NCBI GenBank assembly: GCA_050749105.1
Contig: JBOGQT010000042.1
Span: 967-64,966 of the forward strand
Length of the DNA stretch: 64,000 bases
Origin: Nitrosotalea sp.
Lineage (GTDB): Archaea; Thermoproteota; Nitrososphaeria; Nitrososphaerales; Nitrosopumilaceae
Direction: 5' to 3'
Shown here: positions 35,961-44,787 of the stretch, in pieces
How the letters are laid out: each line of letters opens with the position of its first letter
How positions within the stretch are numbered: position 1 is the first letter of the stretch
Made by a program: the position numbers and the translations under genes
The notes under the pieces: generated by a model
The model's database searches: none
What the model was told of the DNA's origin: nothing
Seen by the model: the letters and a program-made list of their open reading frames with translations, nothing else

Positions 35961-36834
35961 TTTTCTGAAAACTTTTTCTTTGCATGTATTCTGCTATTCC
36001 TTTATTTATTTCCGAGAATGTGCCGACCCATTTTTCTGCAATGGCACTGCCAATTTGAACTGCGCTGGCGCCTCCAAGTATAAACTCCACTGCATCCTCC
36101 CAGCTTGATACTCCACCACAACCAATTATTGGAATATCAAACTTTGATGAGATTTCATAAACACATCGTACCGCAATTGGCTTTATCGGAGTTCCCGACA
36201 GTCCTCCTATCTTGTGACTAAGTACTGGCCGTGTTGTTTCAACGTCAATTGCCATGGCTCTTACTGTGTTTATTGCAGTTATAGCATCGATACCTGCTTC
36301 ACAAGATGCTCGTACTGTTTCAAGATAATCTGATGAACCAAGACCAACTTTGGCTATTACCGGAACCTTGGATGTTTTTTTTACTTCTTTGACTATAGTT
36401 TGTACAAGTTGTGGATCATCACCAACTTCAAGTCCCACTTTTTCTACGTGAGGACATGACAGGTTTAGCTCGTATGCTAAAACCTTGACATTTTCAAATT
36501 GTTTTATCATAAAAGTAAAATCTTCCGGAACAGAACCGACCAAACTAACTACAATTGGAACTGTATTGTTGGACGAGATCATCTTTGCAAAGTATGTAGC
36601 TCCAGGATTTGAAAGTCCGACTGCGTTCAGATATCCACTCTTTACTCCAACTACGGTTGGATTTGGATATCCCTCCCAAGGTTCTTTGCTCAGAGATTTT
36701 GTTACCAGCGCTCCTGCCCCTTCCTTATATAAGCGAGCAAAAACTTCAAGCGATATGCCAAGAATGCCTGAAGCAAGCATTGTGGGTCGTTCAAGTGATA
36801 TTGGCCCCACACATGTTGAGATGTCGGGATTCAC
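35926..36834 (-). CDS. pyrD: dihydroorotate dehydrogenase catalytic subunit (class 1B)
   Basis: NAVGLSNPG, NLSCPH, GGLSGTPIKPIAVR, IIGCGGV. Confidence 0.9.
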   Translation of the reverse strand: MNPDISTCVGPISLERPTMLASGILGISLEVFARLYKEGAGALVTKSLSKEPWEGYPNPTVVGVKSGYLNAVGLSNPGATYFAKMISSNNTVPIVVSLVGSVPEDFTFMIKQFENVKVLAYELNLSCPHVEKVGLEVGDDPQLVQTIVKEVKKTSKVPVIAKVGLGSSDYLETVRASCEAGIDAITAINTVRAMAIDVETTRPVLSHKIGGLSGTPIKPIAVRCVYEISSKFDIPIIGCGGVSSWEDAVEFILGGASAVQIGSAIAEKWVGTFSEINKGIAEYMQRKSFQKIGDMVGIAKKH

Positions 36835-36908
36835 TTCTAATTATAAAAAATAATTGTCTTATAACAGTTGATGCGAGGCTCACCTACTGTTACCTTTTTT
36901 AGTGAGAC

Positions 36909-38183
36909 ATGGAAATGCCTTGTATGCATTCTGTGATTCTGACAGAGCTCGGTATCGCAATTTTTGATAACAACAAATGTGTAAAATCCATTCCGTTTAG
37001 AAATCCTGCAAAAGAATACATCGAGTTAAAGAAAGAAAAGGCAGACATCTACGAGCTTGAGCAATTTCTTTCCCAGTCAAATACAACCGTATCTGTTAAC
37101 GATACAGGTCTTCTCAAAATTTTAAAGAAAAAATCAATAGATGCCGAACTGATGGAAGAAAGCAAGATTGAAACAATTCAATCTTCCAAGATCAGGGTGC
37201 TTGTAGATTCGGGTTTTGCAACAGATGAGCATGATGCAAGAGGAAAATTAAGAGAGTTTGCAATGCAGCTTTCCTCTTCAAAGGTTACAGAGATTTCTGA
37301 AAGTCCCGACCTTCATGTCATTCAGGCTATAAACATGTTAGATGAGACTGACAAGATAATCAACCTGTTAAGCTCAAGGCTCAAAGAATGGTATGGTCTT
37401 CACTTTCCAGAGCTAGACAACCTTATTGATTCAATTGTCGGTTACTCTAAAATAGTTCTGGCTGGCCGTAGAGATGACCTCAATCAAAAGGTGTACGTTG
37501 ATGCAGGATTTCCTGATGAAAAAGTAGAGATGTTATCACTCTTGCAAGAAAAGAGTAGAGGAGGACAAATTTCAAACGAAAATCTTTCCATAGTACAAGG
37601 CCTTGCAAAACAGATTTTGGAACTCTCTGAGCTAAGAACTACTTTGGAAAAACACATAGAAGTACAGATGACGACAATTGCTCCAAATCTTTCTGGAATT
37701 TTAGGAACCTCTGTAGGAGCAAGAATACTAGGCAGAGCAGGCAGTCTCAGAAGACTGGCAACCATGCCCGCAAGTACGATTCAGGTACTAGGAGCAGAAA
37801 AAGCACTTTTCCGTTCTCTAAAGACCGGTGCCCAGCCTCCAAAACATGGCTTACTGTTCCAGCACACTCTGGTTCATGCAGCTCCTAGATGGCAGCGTGG
37901 AAAGATCGCAAGGGCAATAGCCGCAAAGGCCGCTCTGGCTGCAAGGGTAGATGTTTTTGGAGCAGGAAGAAATGAGACACTTTTTGAAAAATTGAACATA
38001 AGAATTACCGAGATTGGGGAGAAATACAAGAACCCTCCTCCTGAGAGACCATCAGCACCCATGCAGCAACGTAGACCGTTTGAGCAAAGAGAGAGAAGGT
38101 ATGGTGGTTCAGGCAAACAAAGAGACAAAAAGAACGACTGGCAAAAGTCAAAACGAAGGAAATTTGGACAACGAAGAAGGTAA
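36909..38183 (+). CDS. Nop56/58 (Nop5) C/D box snoRNP protein
   Basis: Nop domain: LGAEKALFRSLKTGAQPPKHGLLFQH, with a basic C-terminal tail. Located upstream of fibrillarin. Confidence 0.85.
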   Translation: MEMPCMHSVILTELGIAIFDNNKCVKSIPFRNPAKEYIELKKEKADIYELEQFLSQSNTTVSVNDTGLLKILKKKSIDAELMEESKIETIQSSKIRVLVDSGFATDEHDARGKLREFAMQLSSSKVTEISESPDLHVIQAINMLDETDKIINLLSSRLKEWYGLHFPELDNLIDSIVGYSKIVLAGRRDDLNQKVYVDAGFPDEKVEMLSLLQEKSRGGQISNENLSIVQGLAKQILELSELRTTLEKHIEVQMTTIAPNLSGILGTSVGARILGRAGSLRRLATMPASTIQVLGAEKALFRSLKTGAQPPKHGLLFQHTLVHAAPRWQRGKIARAIAAKAALAARVDVFGAGRNETLFEKLNIRITEIGEKYKNPPPERPSAPMQQRRPFEQRERRYGGSGKQRDKKNDWQKSKRRKFGQRRR

Positions 38184-38838
38184 CATTTTCTGGGTTAAGA
38201 TAGAAGGGGAAAAAAAGCTCGCCACTTTAAATCTAGTTCCAGGAAATCAAGTTTACAGAGAAAAACTAGTCAAAATTGATGATGAAGAGTTTAGAGCATG
38301 GGATCCTTTTAGAAGCAAGCTTGGTGCCGCCATAATGAATGACCTCCATATGCTTCCCATAGTTAGAAAATCACGAGTTCTATATCTTGGTGTGTCCACC
38401 GGAACAACTGCAAGTCATGTCTCAGATATAGTAGGTCCAAGCGGTATTGTATTTGGTGTTGAACATACAAGTAGGGTTGCACGAGAATTTCTAGACAGGG
38501 TTGCATCTTACAGACCCAACATAACGCCCATTTTGCAAGACGCAAGAAGTCCCAAAGAATATTTTTCAGTTTATGGAAGTATTGATGTTGTTTATGCCGA
38601 TATTGCACAACCAGATCAAACAGAGATTGCCATCTTGAATTGCAAGACATACCTAAAAAAAGATGGCTACCTTATGTTAGTAGTAAAAACACGCAGCATA
38701 GATGTTACCAAAGAACCTTCCGAAGTGACTCGCATGGAAGCCAAGAAATTAAAAGACAATTTTGAGATAATTCAAGAAATTAACTTGGCTCCATATGAAA
38801 AGGACCACAGTATGATCGTTGCAAGATATCTCGGATGA
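38101..38838 (+). CDS. flpA: fibrillarin-like rRNA/tRNA 2'-O-methyltransferase
   Basis: LATLNLVPGNQVY.E, VLYLGVSTGTTASHVSDIVG, DVVYADIAQPDQ. The start is uncertain (ATG 38101 or TTG 38164). The upstream part of the ORF overlaps nop5. Confidence 0.85.
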   Translation: MVVQANKETKRTTGKSQNEGNLDNEEGNIFWVKIEGEKKLATLNLVPGNQVYREKLVKIDDEEFRAWDPFRSKLGAAIMNDLHMLPIVRKSRVLYLGVSTGTTASHVSDIVGPSGIVFGVEHTSRVAREFLDRVASYRPNITPILQDARSPKEYFSVYGSIDVVYADIAQPDQTEIAILNCKTYLKKDGYLMLVVKTRSIDVTKEPSEVTRMEAKKLKDNFEIIQEINLAPYEKDHSMIVARYLG

Positions 38839-38840
38839 AT

Positions 38841-39461
38841 CTAGTTAGTTCCAAGCAGAATTTTTACTGGCTTCCAACTCTTTCGGACAAACTTTGGCGG
38901 CATGCCATTTGCGTTAATGGCTCCTTTTATGAAGTTCATTGTCTTAGAGTCGGATGGATACCCGCTTCCCACATCAAAGCTCTTTCGTATCTTCTCAATA
39001 GCTCTGTCTCTGTTTACCTTAGCAATGATAGATGCTGCGGAAACTACTGGAAATCTCTTGTCTGCATGATGACTAGAATGTATCTTGTTAATGTGAGAAA
39101 GTTTTGAAATTAGCTTCCCAAACCTTGCTGGATTGACATCACATGAATCAACGTATGCCGAATCAGGTTGCAGCCTAGCAATTACCTTTGCCATGTATTT
39201 TCCCTCCAGTTGATTCAATTCGTTCTTTTTCACGCTTTGATCTATTATACGCGGGGAAATTTTCGCTACATAATAGTCATCCACGATTGCAAGTATTTCC
39301 TTATACAGCCGCTCTCGTGCTCTAGGCGTAAGCTGTTTTGAATCTCTGACACCAATGTCAGAGAGATGTTTTATCTTGTTGCGTTCAATGCATATACCTG
39401 CAATAACAAGTGGGCCCATGACAGAACCCCTTCCAGCGTCGTCAACTCCACAGATCAACAT
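38841..39461 (-). CDS. rnhB: ribonuclease HII
   Basis: ICGVDDAGRGSVMGPLVIAG, DSKQL, DSCD, ASIIAK. Confidence 0.9.
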   Translation of the reverse strand: MLICGVDDAGRGSVMGPLVIAGICIERNKIKHLSDIGVRDSKQLTPRARERLYKEILAIVDDYYVAKISPRIIDQSVKKNELNQLEGKYMAKVIARLQPDSAYVDSCDVNPARFGKLISKLSHINKIHSSHHADKRFPVVSAASIIAKVNRDRAIEKIRKSFDVGSGYPSDSKTMNFIKGAINANGMPPKFVRKSWKPVKILLGTN

Positions 39462-39481
39462 TTGAGTTGTTCTTGCGCTAG

Positions 39482-40645
39482 ATGTATAAAATCATTTTAG
39501 ATTACATCATAGAGTTGGAATCAGATCTTGCTGAAATAGTTGAAGGTACTACCAAGCTTCTAGTACCTAAGGAGTCACTAGTAGCAAAAGCTCCTTCCAG
39601 AGAGCCAGCTTTCTTTAATCCAAGAGCAAAGATAAACAGGGATTTTTCAATAATAGCATATGCGGCTTTTCTAAAAAACTTCAAGGGACCAAAAATCTTT
39701 CTTGACTCACTTGCAGGTATTGGCGCAAGAAGCATCCGAGTTGCAAATGAGATAGATGGCATGGAGAAAGTTTTTGTAAATGACGTAAATCCAAAAGCTC
39801 TGGAAATTGCACAGGACATTGCCAAATTAAACAACATTACAAATTGTGTTTTCTCAGAAAATGAGGCATGTAGATTTCTTAGTTTACATTCTAAAAGAGA
39901 AGAAAGGGGAGCGATTGTTGATATCGATCCCTTTGGTTCTCCATCAAGATATCTTGATTGTGGAATCAGGGCCACATTTCATGGTGGTCTTCTTTCCACC
40001 ACAGCTACAGACCTTACAGTTCTACACGGACTATTTCCCACTGCATGCAAAAGAAAATACTATGGTGTCCCAGTCAGGGCCGAATATGGTGATGAAATTG
40101 CGCTCAGATTGATTCTTGGGTGCATAAATATGGTTGCTGGAAGGCTAGATGTGAAAATTGCTCCCCTATTTGTGCAAAATAACATGCATTACTACAAGAC
40201 CTACGTCAAAGTGCTTGTCAGAACAAATGACCAAGAAGAGATTGGATACATCTTGAATTGTAAAAATTGTGGTAACAGGCACACTACAAAAGAAATCAAG
40301 GGCGAATGTGATATTTGTAAATCAAAAGCAGAACTTGCAGGTCCACTCTGGATTGGAAGCCTCTACGACAAGGACTTTGTAAATGAGATGATTGTCAAGG
40401 AGGAACAGCTCCAAGTAGATAAATCATGCAAGAAGATCTTGGAAAGATGCAGGGATGAAACTGACATGTCACCTACGTACTTTACGATTGATGAGGTAGC
40501 ACATATGAAACGTTCCGCACCAATCTCGCTATCAAAAACAATCGAAAAGATTCAGAAAGCTGGTTTTAGAGCAACTGCAACAAGTCTTAATCCTGCAGCC
40601 TTCAAAACAGATGCTCGCATAGACGAGATTTTGTCTATAATCTAA
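39482..40645 (+). CDS. trm1: tRNA (guanine26-N2)-dimethyltransferase
   Basis: FFNPRAKINRD, LDSLAGIGARSIR, VDIDPFGSP, and a C-terminal Cys cluster CKNCG...CDIC. Confidence 0.85.
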   Translation: MYKIILDYIIELESDLAEIVEGTTKLLVPKESLVAKAPSREPAFFNPRAKINRDFSIIAYAAFLKNFKGPKIFLDSLAGIGARSIRVANEIDGMEKVFVNDVNPKALEIAQDIAKLNNITNCVFSENEACRFLSLHSKREERGAIVDIDPFGSPSRYLDCGIRATFHGGLLSTTATDLTVLHGLFPTACKRKYYGVPVRAEYGDEIALRLILGCINMVAGRLDVKIAPLFVQNNMHYYKTYVKVLVRTNDQEEIGYILNCKNCGNRHTTKEIKGECDICKSKAELAGPLWIGSLYDKDFVNEMIVKEEQLQVDKSCKKILERCRDETDMSPTYFTIDEVAHMKRSAPISLSKTIEKIQKAGFRATATSLNPAAFKTDARIDEILSII

Positions 40646-41238
40646 TTTCCAAGATACCCCAAGCAGATATGGTATAATTCACTGCTTGTTCTTCTACTGG
40701 CCTTTGGTTTCTTTAACTGTACTTTGACAAATTTTTTCTTTAAGTAGTCTCGAAATTCGTTTGAATATTCACCGTCAAAAACCTTGAACAATGCATTACC
40801 CTTTCGTGCAAGAACATGATCCATTATTTTACTTGCCGAATAATTCAAAGATATTTGCTTACCATGGTCCATAGACCAAGTACCAGTAATGTTTGGAGAC
40901 AAGTCACATATTACGGCATTTACTTTTCCACCAAAATAATCAAAGATAGACTCGACAATTGACTCATCTTCAATATCACCCTTTATTATGTGAGCATTTG
41001 AAATTTCTTCAACAAATGATTTGTCTACTCCCATCACTTTTCCTCTATTTCCTGCCAATTCAAGAGCTACCTGAGTCCATCCACCAGGTGAACATCCCAA
41101 ATCTAGAACATAAAATCCAGGTCCTATAATTCTGTAAGATGTGTTTAATTCCTTGAGTTTGTATGCGGCTCTGCTCCTATATCCCTCTTGGTGAGCTAAT
41201 CTCCTGTACAAATCTCGTCTTGCATCTAATAGTTTCAT
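40642..41238 (-). CDS. rlmE: 23S rRNA 2'-O-ribose methyltransferase (FtsJ/RlmE)
   Basis: YRSRAAYKLKEL, VLDLGCSPGGW, VICDLSPN. Confidence 0.85.
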   Translation of the reverse strand: MKLLDARRDLYRRLAHQEGYRSRAAYKLKELNTSYRIIGPGFYVLDLGCSPGGWTQVALELAGNRGKVMGVDKSFVEEISNAHIIKGDIEDESIVESIFDYFGGKVNAVICDLSPNITGTWSMDHGKQISLNYSASKIMDHVLARKGNALFKVFDGEYSNEFRDYLKKKFVKVQLKKPKASRRTSSELYHICLGYLGN

Positions 41239-41933
41239 TTCTCAGTCTTTTTAGAATTCTCAGACTTGATCTTTTTAGAATTTCCAAACTCAGTCAAAAC
41301 CCATTGTTCTATAAGAGGACATGTTCTTGGACTTACTTCTCCTTCTAAAGTACACTTTTGTTCTACAGGACAGATAAGGCATGGCGCAGACTCGATAGAT
41401 TGTGTGCTGACAGGAACATGAGCAATCTTAAGTTTGTATGTCCACCTTCCATCCTCCAGAATCTTTTCTCGTTTGATAAGATGTTGTCTTTCGAGTTTTA
41501 GCGCAAGTCTTGAACCATCTCTGCTTGAAAGTTTGAGTTTCTTCCACAATTCACTTTGAAACATGCCATCATCACCACGTTTTGCGACATGACCAAGTAC
41601 AGTAATTTTGAGTTTTTCCATATCCAGTCCTTCAATTTCAAAGTTTTCGATCTCTTTTTCATCAATATCTTCAAGATCCTCTTCTGTGGGCTCTACCTGT
41701 TTTTTCTTTGCCGAAGACTTTTTGTCTTCCTTGGATGTCTTCTTTTCTGCTTTCTTTTCTTCAGATTTTTTTTCTTCTAGCTTCTTTGATGGTGCTTTCT
41801 TTTCTTCTAGCTTCTTTGATGGTGCTTTCTTTTCTTCTAGCTTCTTTGATGGTGCTTTCTTTTCTTCTAGCTTCTTTGATGGTGCTTTCTTTTCTTCTAG
41901 TTTCTTTTGTTTTTTTTCTGTTTTTTTAGCCAT
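41235..41933 (-). CDS. winged-helix protein with C-terminal 4-Cys motif (TFE-beta/RPC34-like?) and Lys-rich repeat N-terminus
   Basis: wHTH-like MFQSELWKKLKLSSRDGSRLALKLERQHLIKRE; CLICPVEQKC...C; N-terminal 4x KKLEEKKAPS. Confidence 0.45.
   Translation of the reverse strand: MAKKTEKKQKKLEEKKAPSKKLEEKKAPSKKLEEKKAPSKKLEEKKAPSKKLEEKKSEEKKAEKKTSKEDKKSSAKKKQVEPTEEDLEDIDEKEIENFEIEGLDMEKLKITVLGHVAKRGDDGMFQSELWKKLKLSSRDGSRLALKLERQHLIKREKILEDGRWTYKLKIAHVPVSTQSIESAPCLICPVEQKCTLEGEVSPRTCPLIEQWVLTEFGNSKKIKSENSKKTEK
41771..41900. repeat. perfect 30-bp tandem repeat x4.3 inside a coding sequence
   Basis: TTTCTTCTAGCTTCTTTGATGGTGCTTTCT repeated at 41771, 41801, 41831 and 41861, plus a 10-nt partial copy. 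Confidence 0.95.
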
Positions 41934-42007
41934 AATTATATCACAATAACAATAACGTTGTTCCTCATGAATACTTGGTCTACTGCATATAATAAGATAT
42001 AATTCAT

Positions 42008-42487
42008 TTATTGAACGTTAAATGTAGCAGTCACGTTTATGTCGTTTTGATATGACTTGTCTTTCATATCTGCCTCAATCTGATAAGTTCCAGTACTGTT
42101 AATGACTGGAGAAAATATTGCATGAATTGGAAGGGTAGAATTAGTTTGTGCAAAGCACTGTGAAAAGTAGGCATTCTGAGATACGGCTTGTTTTGGAGAT
42201 GTATTTAGATTGTAAATTGTCATGTACAGATCACCACAATCAAAAGAAGTGTTGTTTACTCTTACAGTGAAGTTTAACGGCATGGATACAGGATATGAGC
42301 TGTTAAGACTTACTATTCTGATATCGTTACTGCCTTCTTGAACAGGACCGGTTGGAAAGTTAAACTGCAACATGTTTAGTTGTCTATCTGGTTGCGCCAA
42401 AACATTTGATAAAACATATCCACCAAGTATTACTGAAATCACTACAGGTAGTACGAAAACAACATAAGCTATTTTCCTTGCACCCAT
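42008..42487 (-). CDS. membrane-anchored extracellular hypothetical protein
   Basis: N-terminal TM segment IAYVVFVLPVVISVILGGYVL. Confidence 0.4.
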   Translation of the reverse strand: MGARKIAYVVFVLPVVISVILGGYVLSNVLAQPDRQLNMLQFNFPTGPVQEGSNDIRIVSLNSSYPVSMPLNFTVRVNNTSFDCGDLYMTIYNLNTSPKQAVSQNAYFSQCFAQTNSTLPIHAIFSPVINSTGTYQIEADMKDKSYQNDINVTATFNVQ

Positions 42488-42595
42488 TTCGTAATCTAAC
42501 CACTTGAATTCCCTTATATCTATTTGGTCGAAAAATGAATTCTCATGATAATTTTGACGAATAAGTTAAATCATAGACTAGGCAATAGCCGCTAG

Positions 42596-44677
42596 ATGCG
42601 ACTTAGGAAGTTTAGAGTAAGAGCTTATCGTTGCATTCATGATTCTGGAGAGATCAGAGTTGGAGATTTGGCCTCATTCGTGGGTAGAAATGAGAGTGGC
42701 AAGACAACAATACTTGAGGCTCTTACGCTACTAAATAAAGATCAAAAGATTTCAGAGTTAGATCTCTGTGACGAGATGATAGATGAACTAAAGTCAGAAG
42801 TCAGACTTGCCGAAGGTGATTTTGAACTAAATGAAAAGGAAATTGGGATAATCAGGGAAAAATTCCCAAATCTTCAAGATATAAGAAAAGTCAAGATTTA
42901 CAGGACAAACAACAACTCGCGTGTTCAGTATGACTTTGGAGAAATTAAGATAAGTGGGGAAGCAAGCAAGAGACTCAATTCATGGGAGAATTTTGTGCAA
43001 AGAATACAGGACTTTGTCAATGCCATGCCAAATTCCATTCGAATACGGGTTGATACGAAATTCCTAGCTGCTCCTGCACCACGAACAAGAGATGTTTTTA
43101 TGAACATGATGGCAGAATTTAACAACAATATTTACTTGCTTGCCTCTGAAGATCCACAAATAATATCAGAGTGGAGAAAGATCTACCAAGATTTAGACTA
43201 CATATTTGATAACATGTTGATAGGAACAACTGAAAGATCAGCCTTGGAGAATTTCATTGAGGATAAACTGCATCCAAGATTTGTTTACTTTTCAGATTAC
43301 AAGAAGATACTTGGAAACATAGATCTTGAAGAGTTTTTGAGAGAGACTAGGGGAATTAGGCCTAAAGGATTGGAGTACATCGAAGAGTTTGACAAGGCAG
43401 AGACCGTCATGAATTTGTTCTATCTGGCAGAGCTAGATGCAGAAAAACTTCAAGAGGCACAAAGTAGCCCTTCAAGATTGATAAAACTGCTTCATACCGC
43501 AAGCAGAAAGCTTAGTGACAGACTCAATCCCGCTTGGAAGGGAGACCCCATTCATGTAGAATTAAGATGGAATCCAGGAAATATTTTGAGTGTAGTAATA
43601 TCTGATGTTCACAAGGATGGAACCGTCACCAATACCGGACTCTTAAACAGAAGAGCTGAAGGGTTCAAATGGACATTTTCTTTCATAGTAAACTTTGCAG
43701 CAGAAACTCAGAAAGCCGAGCTGAAGGAAGCAATACTACTGCTTGACGAACCTGCAAGAAACTTGCATCCCGCTCAACAGAGAGGAATATCTGATCTACT
43801 CAAAGGACTTGCCGGGTCCAATCAGATACTGTATGCAACTCATTCTCCGTTTATGATATTTGATTACACGCCAGGGAATCTTTTAGTTGTGGAACTTGAT
43901 AAGAGAAAACATCTAAGCCACATTTACTATGACTACTGGAATGCTGACGATCAAACGCTGATTCCCATATTGTATGGTCTTTCACGAGGATTAACAGAAT
44001 CCATTGTTGACAGACAGATTGGGTTCAATTCAAGACCAGTTATTATTGTTGAAACAATGTCAGATTGCATATATCTAAACGCATTTGACAAATTTCTAAA
44101 AGATCCAAACTTATCCATGAACCCATTAAACATAGTTCCAGCTTACAACAAAAACTCTGTCATGTCTTTAGCCATATTTTACAGAAATCATGGATATGAC
44201 ACATTTGTATTGCTTGACAACACAGATGAATCTGGACAAATTGCTGCCCAGCTAGAATCAAATCAGTTCAAAAAAGTACAAATGATATTCTTTGAGCTTG
44301 GTGGACAAACCAAACAATTCTTGGAAGACTTGATGGTGGATGAGGACTATTTGTATGCAGTAAATCAGACATACGAAGTAAAACTCAGAAAAGAGGGATA
44401 CAAGGCATTAACTAAAGAAGCTGTTTCATCGAAGGGAAAAAGAAGCATAGTAGATAATCTAGATGAGATTTGGAAGGAAAATCAACATCTGGGATGGGAG
44501 AAATTTGACAGAGAGGAAATATGCAGGTACATCAGTGAAAAAATATCCATAAATGAGACTGACTTTTTAACTGATAAAACCAAAGACCAGTTTAGGTCTT
44601 TGTACAGGCTAATAGCAGAACGCATCAGACAGAACCAGAATCTTGTCTCACAAACAACTATGCCCCACTCTAGATGA
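42596..44677 (+). CDS. OLD-family nuclease (ABC-type ATPase + Toprim), stand-alone
   Basis: Walker A GRNESGKTT, Walker B AILLLDEPARNLHP, H-loop YATHSP, then Toprim-like PVIIVETMSDCIYL and FVLLDNTDESG. Confidence 0.7.
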   Translation: MRLRKFRVRAYRCIHDSGEIRVGDLASFVGRNESGKTTILEALTLLNKDQKISELDLCDEMIDELKSEVRLAEGDFELNEKEIGIIREKFPNLQDIRKVKIYRTNNNSRVQYDFGEIKISGEASKRLNSWENFVQRIQDFVNAMPNSIRIRVDTKFLAAPAPRTRDVFMNMMAEFNNNIYLLASEDPQIISEWRKIYQDLDYIFDNMLIGTTERSALENFIEDKLHPRFVYFSDYKKILGNIDLEEFLRETRGIRPKGLEYIEEFDKAETVMNLFYLAELDAEKLQEAQSSPSRLIKLLHTASRKLSDRLNPAWKGDPIHVELRWNPGNILSVVISDVHKDGTVTNTGLLNRRAEGFKWTFSFIVNFAAETQKAELKEAILLLDEPARNLHPAQQRGISDLLKGLAGSNQILYATHSPFMIFDYTPGNLLVVELDKRKHLSHIYYDYWNADDQTLIPILYGLSRGLTESIVDRQIGFNSRPVIIVETMSDCIYLNAFDKFLKDPNLSMNPLNIVPAYNKNSVMSLAIFYRNHGYDTFVLLDNTDESGQIAAQLESNQFKKVQMIFFELGGQTKQFLEDLMVDEDYLYAVNQTYEVKLRKEGYKALTKEAVSSKGKRSIVDNLDEIWKENQHLGWEKFDREEICRYISEKISINETDFLTDKTKDQFRSLYRLIAERIRQNQNLVSQTTMPHSR

Positions 44678-44787
44678 GAACAAAGTCATTATTTTTAGAA
44701 GTTTAATCCTTTAGCCCTTTCTAACATGAACGGCCAAAGAATGAATGATTTATCATTAAGATTTAATTTAGAGGCTGATCGCTTGTT

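Noticed and set aside
38014-38100. The track ORF gives fibrillarin an upstream extension.
   Set aside because: It overlaps the 3' end of nop5 in another frame and encodes a basic, low-complexity sequence. The conserved fibrillarin core starts later.
41771-41900. A regular 30-bp repeat could be a mini-CRISPR array.
   Set aside because: The repeats are contiguous with no spacers, lie in frame inside a coding sequence, and encode a peptide repeat.
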